Part shown: piece by piece, positions 27,665 through 44,255 of the stretch
Position numbering within the stretch: position 1 is the first letter of the stretch
Layout: each line of letters opens with the position of its first letter
Notes under the pieces: model-generated
What the model was told of the DNA's origin: nothing
Database searches by the model: none
Seen by the model: the letters and a program-made list of their open reading frames with translations, nothing else
Source of the DNA: Eledone cirrhosa
Taxonomy: Eukaryota
DNA: 57,838 nucleotides
Direction: 5' to 3'
Assembly (NCBI GenBank): GCA_964016885.1
Contig: CAXHJY010001525.1
Coordinates: forward strand, 1 to 57,838
Made by a program: the position numbers and the translations under genes

Positions 27665-27869
27665 ATCATTTCCCTTCTTGGCGTGGTTCCTACAGCTGGA
27701 TGCCCTACACCGACCACTTTACAGAATATGAAATCGGCACTAGAGAGAAAGTTATAGAGAGATGGGAAGGTACTGCCTTGACCAGATTATAGAATTCTCT
27801 CTAAATTTCCACAGAGCCAACATGACCGATAGGGTGAACAGAAGAGAGTGACATTCCAACTTCCATCAT

Positions 27870-29280
27870 CACCACTATTATTCTAACGACTGTTTTGTCA
27901 TGCTTGCACCAGTGGGCAGGTTTTCTCTACCACCACTCTTCCTTTTCACCTCCATTGTTAAGTTCAGTTTCTCAAGGTCTGCTATCATAATTGGTCCCAT
28001 GTTGTTCTAGCTCACATGAACATCCACTCCAAGCATTCAGCATGTCTTTATACAACTGTCATTCTCGGTATGCATCACATGCCCATACCTGTACATTCTT
28101 AGCTCTTGCACATTACATCTGATTCCTCATATCCATTTTATCACTCAGCTCATTTCTACTCTTTCATTCAAGTACACTAACTATACACATCTAGTGGAAA
28201 CGGCAGGCTTCATTTTTTCCAACCGTTGCAAATCTGCATTCATAACTCCCATCTCGCTAAAATGATGCATTGTACTTTGCCTTTCCCTCTCAGAGAGACC
28301 CTTTGTTTCCAGTAACGACAATAACTCCCAGAACGTTTTCCATTCCATTCTTTTTCTGGCTATTAAACAGTGCCAATTAGGTCACTTAGGTAGCAAATGA
28401 TATCAACTATTTTTAGCCTTCTGAGCATTTCAGGGGATTTATATCATGTGTATTTTGCTGCTAATTACTCCTATGCATCTGCCACATACAAAGTATACCT
28501 TCTTTTTCAGCCCACTACAACACTTGTGCATCCATAATTTATATTGGACACTACATACTCTTTTTCTGCATATTGAACATGGCCATTTCCTTAATAGGAC
28601 CTGTCTTCTTTCCTAATTATCAAAACTTTAGACTTTGCTAAGTTTACTTGTGGCCTTCCAATTCCTGATTTTGTTTCCATGCCCGGAACTTCTCTAATTT
28701 TTCTAGTCTTGGCTATGTGGGCTTGATCATCAGCATACAGGCGCTCCCAGACTTGAATTCCTTTAGCTGTTAGGACATCTAATACACATGAGGGATTGCA
28801 AACTGAGACCTGATAGAGTCCTAATTGTACGCTAAATTCATCAATGGATTTATTGCTGGCTGTATGTCTAGTCACAGCTTGTATGGCCCTCACAAGCCAT
28901 TTATCTACCCTTAGCTTTCTTAAAGACCACCAAACTACAGAGTGTAGAACCTTGTTAATAGCCTTCTCCAAGTCAACGACTGCTATTTATATGGGCTTAC
29001 ATCTAGCTAAGTACTTACAAGGAAAACATAACGCTTCTTTGCAGCAAAAAGCTGAACTGCAACTCACCCAGGCTCATTCTCTCCAAATCAATTGTGTAAT
29101 AACTTTTTTTGTAATGTTCACACTTTGATACCTTTGTACTTGCTTCTCCATTACCCTTATAACAATTCACAATTATCTCTAATGGGCAATCTGCCTTTCC
29201 TACTTTCTTAGCCTTAATTGCTGTTAACTTGGATGACTGGCCCACTTTTTGGTCTACTTCAGGTAGACCTTCTCTCCCAT
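27870..29280 (-). pseudogene. Old, heavily decayed RTE-type LINE
   Basis: Fragmented homology to the young copies: [38 protein letters not shown]. Many stops and frameshifts; boundaries approximate. Confidence 0.8.
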
Positions 29281-30749
29281 GCATATATTATATGTGTGTG
29301 TGTGAGTGTAGTTATGTATATACATACACATACATGTGAATCAGGGTGATAAACTTAGGACAAAAGTGGCCCTTTGAATTACAAGAATAATATATCTAAT
29401 GGTCTTCCAAGCAGATACCACCCATGCAGAGGCTATGACAAAATACATTAGCCTAGGATGCCATGCAATAAGATTGAGCCCGGCACGTTTGTAACACACA
29501 CTCACACACATGGAAAAATGAAATTTATAGGTCACACCTATATAGATTTAGCTGGACTCTTATGAGGTTGCATCTCACGGGACGTTTCTTGAGCATTTTA
29601 ATGATAGTGACACCAGTCTTATCATTAAAATAATGTGAAATGAAGCATCTTGCTCAAGAAAACAATACACTACCTAGTCCTTTTCTGTTCCTTGTAATAG
29701 TGTACTTTGTTTATCTTAGATACTGCTCAATATGTATTTTACATTGATTAATAAGTAGATAGGTTGAGATAGCTGTGGCTAAACTACTGACAATTTAGAA
29801 GGTAGATATGCCTTATCAACAGTGTCAAAAAGATGTAGGAAGGAAGATATCAAGCACATACATGCTCAAATTACCACTTCACAAACAAATCTATCACAGT
29901 GGTTGTCACGTGATTTTGGATTTTATAATAATGATACTTATTACTCTTAGTGGCTGGGTTTCAGAGAAAGAGAACTCAATACATAATTAGAATAAGTACT
30001 TTTATTGAGAGCATAAAAGGTACAATATCTCGCAGTTACTGATGTTTTATTTCAATGGAGGTTCACTGGACTGTGCAGATGTGTGTGCGTATATATGCAC
30101 ACACACACACACACACAATACAGACAAAACCAGGGGGATAGCGATAGATTTACATATGAATACATATACATTGTGTAACATATGGATACATATGCATACA
30201 CATTTAAATGGATGAGAAATAATTTATATCATGTCTGTGTGCGTGTGTAACTAGACAGACAGACAGATAGATAGATAGACAACAGAGCTACAGGCAAATA
30301 AACACAAAGATAATAGGAAAATCAGCAACTCTATTCCTTTTCTCGCTGTTCCTTACTTTCTCAATCAAATTTTTCTTCTCTATCAATATACATCTCTCTC
30401 TCTCTTTCTTTCTTCAAACTCCCTCTCTCTCTCAACATTTTCTTCTACCTCTGTCATCCCTTAACCACTAAATACTTTTCATTTCTCATGCACATCCTCC
30501 TGCTCTCCTATAAATTCTCTATCTAATCTACGTGCACAACCTCCTCTGCTACTACAACAACTATCTCTAACTGTCATCCTCTCACAAATCACCGGCTATT
30601 CGATGAGGCTTAGCTCTAGTTCCTACTCCCACTGCTATTTCGCATATTCCTACACCCTTTCAATCTGTTACTACACAAGACACATGATAATGTTTTCATC
30701 ATTTGATCACATACACATGACCAAGCGATAAAAACCTCAGCATACACAC

Positions 30750-30812
<63 letters not shown>

Positions 30813-30924
30813 AATGGTTTCTTTATTAGACAAACATGGCTTACATTAAGAGGACAATAAAGACGGTACAGTGTGGGTTTTTTGTGTGAATGAATGGTTT
30901 ATAATAATAATGATGATGATGATG

Positions 30925-31066
30925 ATTTCTACTATAGGCACAAGGCCAGCAATTTCTGGGGAGGGGGAAAATCGATTAAATCGGCCTTAGTGCATTACTG
31001 GTGCTTTATTTTATCGACCCCGTAAGGATGAAAGGCAAAGCTAACCTCTGCGGAATTTGAACTCGT
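30925..31066 (-). mobile_element. SINE copy
   Basis: Reverse complement of the SINE blocks (GGCACAAGGCC, TTTTATCGACCCC, GGATGAAAGGCAAAG, ATTTGAACTC). Confidence 0.75.
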
Positions 31067-31810
31067 CAATAATAATGGTTTCTTTATTGGCCACAAAGGG
31101 GTTTTTTAAAATACATTAAGATCGGTACAGAACGGTACAAATATGGGTTTCTGCGTGTGATAAAAAAAAAAAAAGAAACAAACAAAAGATGTAAAAAAAA
31201 ATGGAAACAAAGAAAAAAATCCCCAATGGAGGGGGGCACCACCAAGAGTTACTCGTGGAGAAAGCCCACAAAAACCACGGTTATCAATATATTGTATATT
31301 CACAGATGACGCGTGTTTCGCAATCGATCAGCTAAAAGTATGATCGCTAGTTGCCAGGCCCGACTATGGAATCGATAGCTTGTCAGGCTTAACACTGCTT
31401 TTTACGGATACCAATACTGGTGAAGACGTATACGAAGAATTCACATAGGTAGCTTGATCCAAATATTAGCATTGAGTGCTCAACCTGCTGAACCATCAGT
31501 AACAGAATGTTACACACCAATACACTATACACACATATGTGTGTATGTGTGTGTGTGTGTCTGTGTCTGTGTGTGGATCCGGCTACCGATGCGGGATTCT
31601 ACGTTTCACCAACGACTATCATTTTTCTCTCAGAAGAGAATGAGCTGTGATCTTATAGAAATACATCTATTTTTATACATTGACTATCTAAAATGAATTC
31701 TATAACAACAGTTTGAATAATTTGATGTCACATCCCATTCGAAACGATTGTAAGAGAATAAATACGGTTCTTTGCTGAAAGAAGATTAATTTTCCATTAA
31801 TACCTTTGTC

Positions 31811-31843
<33 letters not shown>

Positions 31844-31874
31844 TAGTGTACATACACACATGTATAAACACACA

Positions 31875-32047
31875 GCAGTATCGGTAGAGGGTCGGACGCC
31901 ATGCTTTGACGCATAGAGTTACGGCCCTTGCCATTCTGAGTTCAAATCCTGCCAAGGTTAACTTTGCCTTTCATCCTTACGTGGTCGATAAAATAAAGTA
32001 CCAGTAACACACTGGGTAATTGCTGGCCTTGTGCCAAAAGTAGAAAC

Positions 32048-32050
<3 letters not shown>
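31875..32050 (+). mobile_element. SINE copy
   Basis: CTGAGTTCAAATCC, AACTTTGCCTTTCATCC, GTCGATAAAATAAAGTACCAGT, GGCCTTGTGCC. Confidence 0.75.
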
Positions 32051-32110
<60 letters not shown>

Positions 32111-32409
32111 TGTAATAAACAACATAAGGCAATTATTCCATTTACCAGTGGTTTCTTAAAAGCAGAATCTGTGTGCATTATCATCATCATTTTACGTCTG
32201 CTTTTCCCTGCTTGATATATATAATATATAGATATATATATATAATGTGTGTGTGTGTGTGTTTATACATGTGTGTATGTATGTACACTAACACACACAA
32301 ATATATATATATATACATAGTAATAATAATAAATTTGAAGACTAAAATCCAAAGAGGGCTCGATAAGGATAAATATATATCAAATATATAAGAACCGTAG
32401 AGCAAATAC

Positions 32410-32538
32410 TTATTAAAATAACAGATTAAAGTTTAAGCAAAGAATCGCTGCTTTCACCCTTAACGGGATCTTCTGAAGATCCCGTTAAGGGTGAAAGCAG
32501 CGATTCTTTGCTTAAACTTTAATCTGTTATTTTAATAA
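32410..32538. repeat. Perfect 129-bp palindrome (64-bp arms) centred on a hammerhead core
   Basis: Centre T at 32474. The plus strand reads CTGAAGA-TCCC(GTTAA)GGGT-GAAA-GCA..TGC-T-T. Confidence 0.92.
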
Positions 32539-32569
<31 letters not shown>

Positions 32570-32610
32570 CGATATTAAATAAATGGAAACTATATTTATA
32601 AAACCATATT

Positions 32611-32676
32611 TATTTCATTATATATATTTCAGGGATATCATATTAACAATATGTTATGCCTTCCTCAGACAAAATA
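32611..32676 (-). ncRNA. Type I hammerhead ribozyme with long helix II
   Basis: Minus strand: TATTTTGT-CTGAGGA-AGG.ATA.CATATT(GTT)AATATG.TAT.CCT-GAAA-TATATA-T-A-ATGAAATA. Confidence 0.7.
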
Positions 32677-33280
32677 CAATATAGACAGTTTTATAGATAA
32701 ATAGATTTGACATACCGTTCAACATCGACTTGTATTTGAAAAAGTTGATTTGGCAGTGAAAAATTGTAAACAGAAAGAAAGAAAGAGAGAAAGAAGGAAA
32801 GAAAGAAAGAAAACGAAGAAAAAGAAGAAAAAGAAGAAATGCATGCAACAAAATACATGCAACAAAATAGAGAGATGGAAAGATAGATAAAGAGAAGAAC
32901 TTCATGTAAAGAAACAGAGAGAGATATATATAGAGAGAGAGGAAATAGATAGAGATAGATATATAGAGAAAAGTAGGTAGTTGAACATCCGTTGAATGAA
33001 CGTATCAATGATACATTTATTTATTTATTTATTTATTTAGCTCTAGTATTAATGTAAGGGAGATATATGTGGTTAGGAAAGAAACCAGCCGTTATATAGA
33101 GAGAAAAATGAAAAGTAACCAGACATAGGCGAGGCAGAATTTAAAAACCCTATGTTTTAATGTAGAAATATTAGTTTGTATAAAAACCAGGCACTATAAT
33201 GTAAATATCAGTATTCCTGAATGAGACACGTATCCATAATGTGTGAAAAGTAATGATCTTATGTCTAGTTTTAAAAATTC

Positions 33281-35061
33281 ATATGACTGACACTGATAAG
33301 AAGGTCGCTTGGAAGTGTCACTACGAGAGGCTACTAAATGAGGAGAATAAATGGGAGAAGGATAGTCTCCCCCAGATCGATCCAATAGAGGGACCAGCAG
33401 TGTTAGTTGAAGGTAGTATAATAAATAAGGCAATCAAAGATATGAAGACGGGTAAGGCGGCTGGGCCTTCGGAAATAGTCGCTGAGATGCTGAAGGCCTC
33501 TGGAACGGTGGGACACACCATGGTCACCCGCATAGTAAACCAAGTCATACAGAATGGGGTTGTTCTGAAGGACTGGCGTAGCAGCATCATCATTAACTGT
33601 TACAAGGGTAAAGGAGACGCCCTAGATAGGAGTAACTATAGAGAGATTAAATTAATCGACCAGGTCATGAAAGTCACGGAAAAAGTAATAGTGCAACTAA
33701 TCAGAGAGAGAATCGATCTAGATGAAATGCAGTTCGGGTTTGTGTCAGGCAAAAGTACCACAGACGCTCTTTTCATTGTACGACAACTACAGGAGAAGTA
33801 CCTAGCTAAAAGTAAACCCCTATACTTAGCCTTTGTCGACTTGGAGAAAGCCTTCAACAGAGTCCCCCGTTTCATTATCTGGTGGGCTCTTAGAAAACTA
33901 GGTGTTGACGAATGGCTTGTGAGAGCTATACAAGCCATGTATAAAGAAACAGTGAGCAAGGTTAGAATTAACAACGAATATAGTGAAGAGTTTAGCGTAA
34001 AAGTTGGTGTCCATCAGGGCTCTGTTCTTAGCCCCCTACTATTTATTATTGCTCTTCAGGCTATAACAGAGGAGTTCAAGACCGGCTGCCCATGGGAACT
34101 CCTATACGCAGATGATCTAACGCTCATAGCTGAATGAATGGCCGAGCTAGAGAAGAAATTCCAAACATGGAAGCACGGCCTAGAATCAAAAGGCCTTAAA
34201 ATTAACATGGCTAAGACTAAAGTTCTAGTTTGTAGGAAAGAAAATAAGGCGCCGGTCCCTTCTGGGAAATGGCCATGCTCAGTGTGTAGGAAAGGCGTAG
34301 GTAGAAACTCCATTTTATGTCCCAAATGCAAAGTATGGGTGCATAAAAGATGTAGTGGGATCACAGGTAAGCTAACTAAGAACACATATTTTACATGTGG
34401 CCGGTGCTCTGGTGCAATAAGTAGCAGCAAGTGCCCACAAAATACTAGCTCTTTCAACTGCGCAGAGGGTTCTATAGAAATAGTGGACAGCTTCCGTTAC
34501 CTGGGTGACAAAATCAGCAATGGGGGAGGGTGCTCCGAAAGTACAGTAGCTAGAGTCAGAACTGGTTGGAAAAAGTTCAGAGAGCTTATACCACTATTAG
34601 CCGCTAAAGGGTTCTCCCTAAAAGTGAAAGGCAGGTTGTATGATGCCTGCATACGAACAGCAATGTTGCATGGCAGTGAGACCTGGGCATTGCGTGCAGA
34701 GGATATACGCAGACTAGAGAGGAACGAAGCTTGCATGCTTCGCTGGATGTGTAATAGTAATATACGCGAACGGCAAAGCATAGACGAACTAAGGAAAAAA
34801 TTAGAAATAAGAGGGATCAGATGTTGTTTACTCGAGAGAAGGCTACGTTGGTATGGTCACGTGATGCGCATGAAAGACGACAGCTGTATAACAAAGTGCA
34901 GGGCAATAAAGATAGATGGTAGCCACAGAGTAGGCAGACCCAGAAAAACCTGGGACGAGCTGATAAATTCCGACCTCACACACTTACACCTCTCCAAGAC
35001 AATGTCACTGGACCGAGAGCTTTGGCGGTACTCAGTAATAGAGAAGACCCGCGTTACCTAA
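33281..35061 (+). pseudogene. RTE RT/PHD ORF with one in-frame stop
   Basis: TGA at 34135-34137 replaces the Ser found in the sister copies; the two track ORFs are in the same frame. Confidence 0.88.
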
Positions 35062-35561
35062 ATACAAAGTAAAACCTACTACAGTCAGTAGGCATCTCTA
35101 ACAAAATACACCCCCGTCCCACCACCCCCACCCCATCCACACCGCCCCTTTCAATGTAAAGTTATGTTGGTGCCACAAAATCCAGGCCGAAACAAATGAG
35201 ATTGTGTAGGTGTCACGACAAAAAAACACACAGTCCACGCTGTAATGTGACCGTGTAGGCAACACGGTAAAAACGTCCCAGTCCCACACTGTAAATGTGG
35301 TTGGTGTTAGGAAGGGCATCCAGCTGTAGAAAACCTGCCAGACAGTCCACGCTGTAATGTGGCCGTGTAGGCAACACGGTAAAAACCTCCCAGCCCCACA
35401 CTGTAAATGTGGTTGGTGTTAGGAAGGGCATCCAACTGTAGAAAACCCGCCAGACAGTCCTATGCGAGCAAGACAACCACTCTTGCCTCAAGTGGGAAAA
35501 CTCCCGTCCAAACCCATGCAAGCATGGAACACGGATGTTAAACGATGATAATGATGATGAT
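33281..35561 (+). mobile_element. RTE-type LINE, subfamily A', 5'-truncated (lacks APE endonuclease)
   Basis: RT frame to 35061, a 112-bp duplication in the 3' UTR (35231/35343) and a (GAT)n tail. Confidence 0.93.
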
Positions 35562-35566
35562 GTATG

Positions 35567-35598
<32 letters not shown>

Positions 35599-35604
35599 TG
35601 TATG

Positions 35605-35636
<32 letters not shown>

Positions 35637-35712
35637 TATATATATATGTATTAGAAAGTGAGGTTTTTTTTACAAATTGAAAAATAACCGGGGTCCGACA
35701 CGAGTGAAAGTA

Positions 35713-35841
35713 TAAAGAATAAGAGATGAAATTGAAAATACAACTGGAGGCTTATTTGCGAAACCAGTAAAGGAACCAAATAAATATATATATTTTTTTT
35801 TTAAATCCAGTTGCATTTTCGATTTCATCTCTTTTACTTTA
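35713..35841. repeat. 36-bp imperfect inverted repeat enclosing a possible truncated hammerhead 3' half
   Basis: Arms 35713-35748/35806-35841 with 4 mismatches; the spacer begins GGC-TTATTT-GC-GAAA-CCAG-TA. Confidence 0.65.
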
Positions 35842-35925
35842 TATATATGTATGTATATATATATATATATATGTATATGTATATATATATATGTATATAT
35901 ATACATATATATGTATATATATACA

Positions 35926-36115
<190 letters not shown>

Positions 36116-36118
36116 CAC

Positions 36119-36239
<121 letters not shown>

Positions 36240-36356
36240 CATATATATACATATATATATATATACATATATATATACATATATACATATATATATATAT
36301 ACATATATATATACATATATATATATATATACATATATATATACATATATATATAC

Positions 36357-36389
<33 letters not shown>

Positions 36390-36458
36390 CATATATATAT
36401 ACATATATATATATATATACATATATATATACATATATATATACATATATATATATAC

Positions 36459-36579
<121 letters not shown>

Positions 36580-36589
36580 CATATATATA

Positions 36590-38280
36590 TCATCATCATC
36601 ATCATCATCACCGTTTTACGTCCGTTCTTCCACGCTAGCATGGGTTAGACGGGTTGTCCTGTTGTGGGCAGTGTCTGGTCGGCTGACCATGCCTTGCTCA
36701 TACAGGAACTGATCTGGCTTGATTTCTACAGCTGGATGCCCTTCCTAACACCAACCTCATTTACAGTGAGTGCTGGGTGCTTTTTCGTGGCGCCTACACG
36801 TCCACTTTACAGTGTGGGCTGGGTGCTTTTTTGCCGTGGCACCTCCACGACCACCTTGCGGTGGTGGGGGGGGGGGGGGCATATTGTTTATATGCTTCAG
36901 CATGTACCCATGGGAGGTCGGGTACCCTGTATTACTGCGTGACGCCAGAAGTCACGGTCGTGTGTCATTGACTTTGAGAGGTGTAGTTGGGTAAGGTCGG
37001 CTTTTATCACCTCATCCCAAGTCATCTTGGGTCTCCCCACTCCGCGGTTTCCATCAACTTCTAGTGCTCTGCACCTTTTTATGCAGCTGTCATCCTTCAT
37101 ACGCATCACATGTCCATACCAGCGTAACCGCCTCTCCTGCACGCAGCATTTGATTCCTCTTATGCTCAGTCTCTCTCTCAATTCATTTATGCTTTGTCGT
37201 TCACGTATATTACTGTTACACATCCATCGGAGCATGCAGGCTTCGTTTCTCTCTAATCTACGTAAGTCTTCCACCTTCAGCGCCCAGGTCTCACTACCAT
37301 GCAACATCGCTGTTCGGATACACGCATCATACAGTCTGCCTTTCATTCTGAGGGAGAAGCCTTTTGCAGCTAGCAGTGGTAGTAGTTCCCTAAACTTCTT
37401 CCATCCCGTTCTTACCCTAGTTATTGTACTTTCTGAGCACCCACCTCCGTTGCTAATTCGGTCACCTAGGTAGCAGAAGCTGTCTACTGTTTCTACAGGG
37501 CCCTCCCAGAGATTGGTGGTACTTGTTTCCTGTGGCTGTTTGCTTGCTGTTTCAGCACAGCTGCTGCATGTGAATCCTACATTCTTAATTAAGCTTCCTG
37601 AGATCCCGCTACATCTCTTGTGTACCCATTGTTTGCATTTGGGGCAAAGAATGGAGTTCCTACCTACACCTTTCCTACATACTGAGCAAGGCCATTTCCC
37701 TGAGGGGATCTGGGTTCTGTTTTCTCGTCTACTTATAAGGACCTTAGTCTTTGTCATGTTGACTTTGAGGCCCTTTCTCTCTAGTCCCTGCTTCCAGGTT
37801 TGGAATTTATTCTCTAGTTCTACCATAGATTCAGCTATGAGTGCGAGGTCATCAGCATACAGGAGTTCCCATGGGCATCCGGTCTTAAACTCCTCCGTTA
37901 TTGCCTGCAGGACTATGATGAACAGGAGAGGGCTAAGAACAGAGCCCTGGTGGACCCCAACCTGTACGCTAAATTCCTCGCTATACTCATTGCCAATCCT
38001 AACTTTGCTGACTGCTCCCCTATACATGGCTTGTACCGCTTTCACAAGCCATTCATCTACTCCTAGTTTTCTAAGAGCCCACCAGATTACTGCACGTGGA
38101 ACTCTGTCAAAGGCTTTCTCAAGGTCGACAAATGCCAAGTAGAGTGGCTTACTTTTAGCTAGGTACTTTTCCTGTAATTGCCTCACAAGGAAGAGCGCAT
38201 CAGTGGTGCCTTTCCCTGGAACAAACCCAAATTGCATCTCGTCTATATTCACCCGGTCCCTAATCAGCTGTGCTATAACT
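36590..38280 (-). mobile_element. RTE-type LINE, subfamily B, 5'-truncated
   Basis: Open RT+PHD frame 36897-38280; 3' UTR and tail differ from subfamily A. Confidence 0.93.
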
Positions 38281-38288
38281 ATATATAC

Positions 38289-38321
<33 letters not shown>

Positions 38322-38332
38322 CATATATATAC

Positions 38333-38363
<31 letters not shown>

Positions 38364-38390
38364 CATATATATACATATATATATATATAC

Positions 38391-39461
38391 AGGAAAGGTG
38401 TAGGTAGGAACTCCATTCTCTGCCCCAAATGCAAACAATGGGTACACAAGAGATGTAGCAGGATCTCAGGAAGCTTAATTAAGAATGTAGGATTCACATG
38501 CAGCAGCTGTGCTGAAACAGCAAGCAAACAGCCACAGGAAACAAGTACCACCAATCTCTGGGAGGGCCCTGTAGAAACAGTAGACAGCTTCTGCTACCTA
38601 GGTGACCGAATTAGCAACGGAGGTGGGTGCTCAGAAAGTACAATAACTAGGGTAAGAACGGGATGGAAGAAGTTTAGGGAACTACTACCACTGCTAGCTG
38701 CAAAAGGCTTCTCCCTCAGAATGAAAGGCAGACTGTATGATGCGTGTATCCGAACAGCGATGTTGCATGGTAGTGAGACCTGGGCGCTGAAGGTGGAAGA
38801 CTTACGTAGATTAGAGAGAAACGAAGCCTGCATGCTCCGATGGATGTGTAACAGTAATATACGTGAACGACAAAGCATAAATGAATTGAGAGAGAGACTG
38901 AGCATAAGAGGAATCAAATGCTGCGTGCAGGAGAGGCGGTTACGCTGGTATGGACATGTGATGCGTATGAAGGATGACAGCTGCATAAAAAGGTGCAGAG
39001 CACTAGAAGTTGATGGAAACCGCGGAGTGGGGAGACCCAAGATGACTTGGGATGAGGTGATAAAAGCCGACCTTACCCAACTACACCTCTCAAAGTCAAT
39101 GACACACGACCGTGACTTCTGGCGTCACGCAGTAATACAGGGTACCCGACCTCCCATGGGTACATGCTGAAGCATATAAACAATATGCCCCCCCCCCCAC
39201 CGCAAGGTGGCCGTGGAGGTGCCACGGCAAAAAAGCACCCAGCCACACTGTAAAGTGGACGTGTAGGCGCCACGAAAAAGCACCCAGCACTCACTGTAAA
39301 TGAGGTTGGTGTTAGGAAGGGCATCCAGCTGTAGAAATCAAGCCAGATCAGTTCCTGTATGAGCAAGGCATGGTCAGCCGACCAGACACTGCCCACAACA
39401 GGACAACCCGTCTAACCCATGCTAGTGTGGAAGAACGGACGTAAAACGGTGATGATGATGA

Positions 39462-39465
<4 letters not shown>
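38391..39465 (+). mobile_element. RTE-type LINE, subfamily B, shorter inverted twin of 36590-38280
   Basis: Near-exact reverse complement of 36590-37676; ORF to 39170. Confidence 0.93.
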
Positions 39466-39518
<53 letters not shown>

Positions 39519-39520
39519 TA

Positions 39521-40214
39521 AAAAGTACCATGAAGTACAAAGTACAATGAAAAGAGCGTCTGCTCTTTTCATTGTACGACAACTACAGGAAGAGGGATCA
39601 GATGTTGTTTACTAGAGAGAAGGCTACGTTGGTATGGTCATGTGATGCGCATGAAGGATGATAGCTGTATAACAAAGTGCAGGGCAATAAAGATAGACGG
39701 TAGCCACGGAATAGGCAGACCCAGAAAAACCTGGGACGAGCTGATAAACACCGACCTCACACACTTACACCTCACCAAGACAATGTCACTGGACCGAGAC
39801 CTTTGGCGGTACTCAGTAATAGAGAAGACCCGCCTTGCCAGTAGGTATCTCTAACAAAATACACCCCGTCCCACCACCACAACCCCCACCCCATCCACAC
39901 CACCCCCGTTCTATGTAAAGTTATGTTGGTGCCGCGCCATCCAGGCCGAAACAAATGAGATCGTGTAGGTGTCACGACAAAAAAACACACAGTCCACGCT
40001 GTAATGTGGCCGTGTAGGCAACACGGTAAAAACCTCCCAGACCCACACTGTAAATGTGGTTGGTGTTAGGAAGGGCATCCAACTGTAGAAAACCTGCCAG
40101 ACAGTCCTATGCGAGCAAGAAAATCACTCTTGCCTCAAGTGGGGCTACCCCGTCCAAACCCATGCAAGCGTGGAACACGGACGTTAAACGTTGATGATGA
40201 TGATGATGATGATG

Positions 40215-40219
<5 letters not shown>
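39521..40219 (+). mobile_element. RTE-type LINE, subfamily A 3' fragment with rearranged 5' junction
   Basis: 39591-40219 is the ORF end, 3' UTR and (GAT)n tail; 39521-39590 is built from RT sequence about 1 kb upstream. Confidence 0.9.
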
Positions 40220-40272
<53 letters not shown>

Positions 40273-40280
40273 ATAGTATA

Positions 40281-40313
<33 letters not shown>

Positions 40314-40340
40314 GATATATATAGTTTTAATATAGATGAG

Positions 40341-40388
40341 ATTCTACAGGACTAGAACTGTTTCATTCATTAGAAATCATCAGGAAAT
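40341..40388 (-). ncRNA. Hammerhead ribozyme in a ~66-bp insert (40323-40388)
   Basis: Minus strand: TTC-CTGATGA-TTTC(TAAT)GAAT-GAAA-CAG(TTCTAGTC)CTG-T-A-GAA; GUA triplet; helix I is only 3 bp. Confidence 0.72.

Positions 40389-44255
<3,867 letters not shown>

Noticed and set aside
31308-31386. Minus-strand CTGACAA...GAAACACGCGTC with internal stems
   Set aside because: The core is mutated and no helix I can be recovered; at best a decayed HHR.
33217-33262. CTGAATGA-GACACG..TGTGT-GAAA degenerate hammerhead
   Set aside because: There is an extra base in the core and no convincing helix I.
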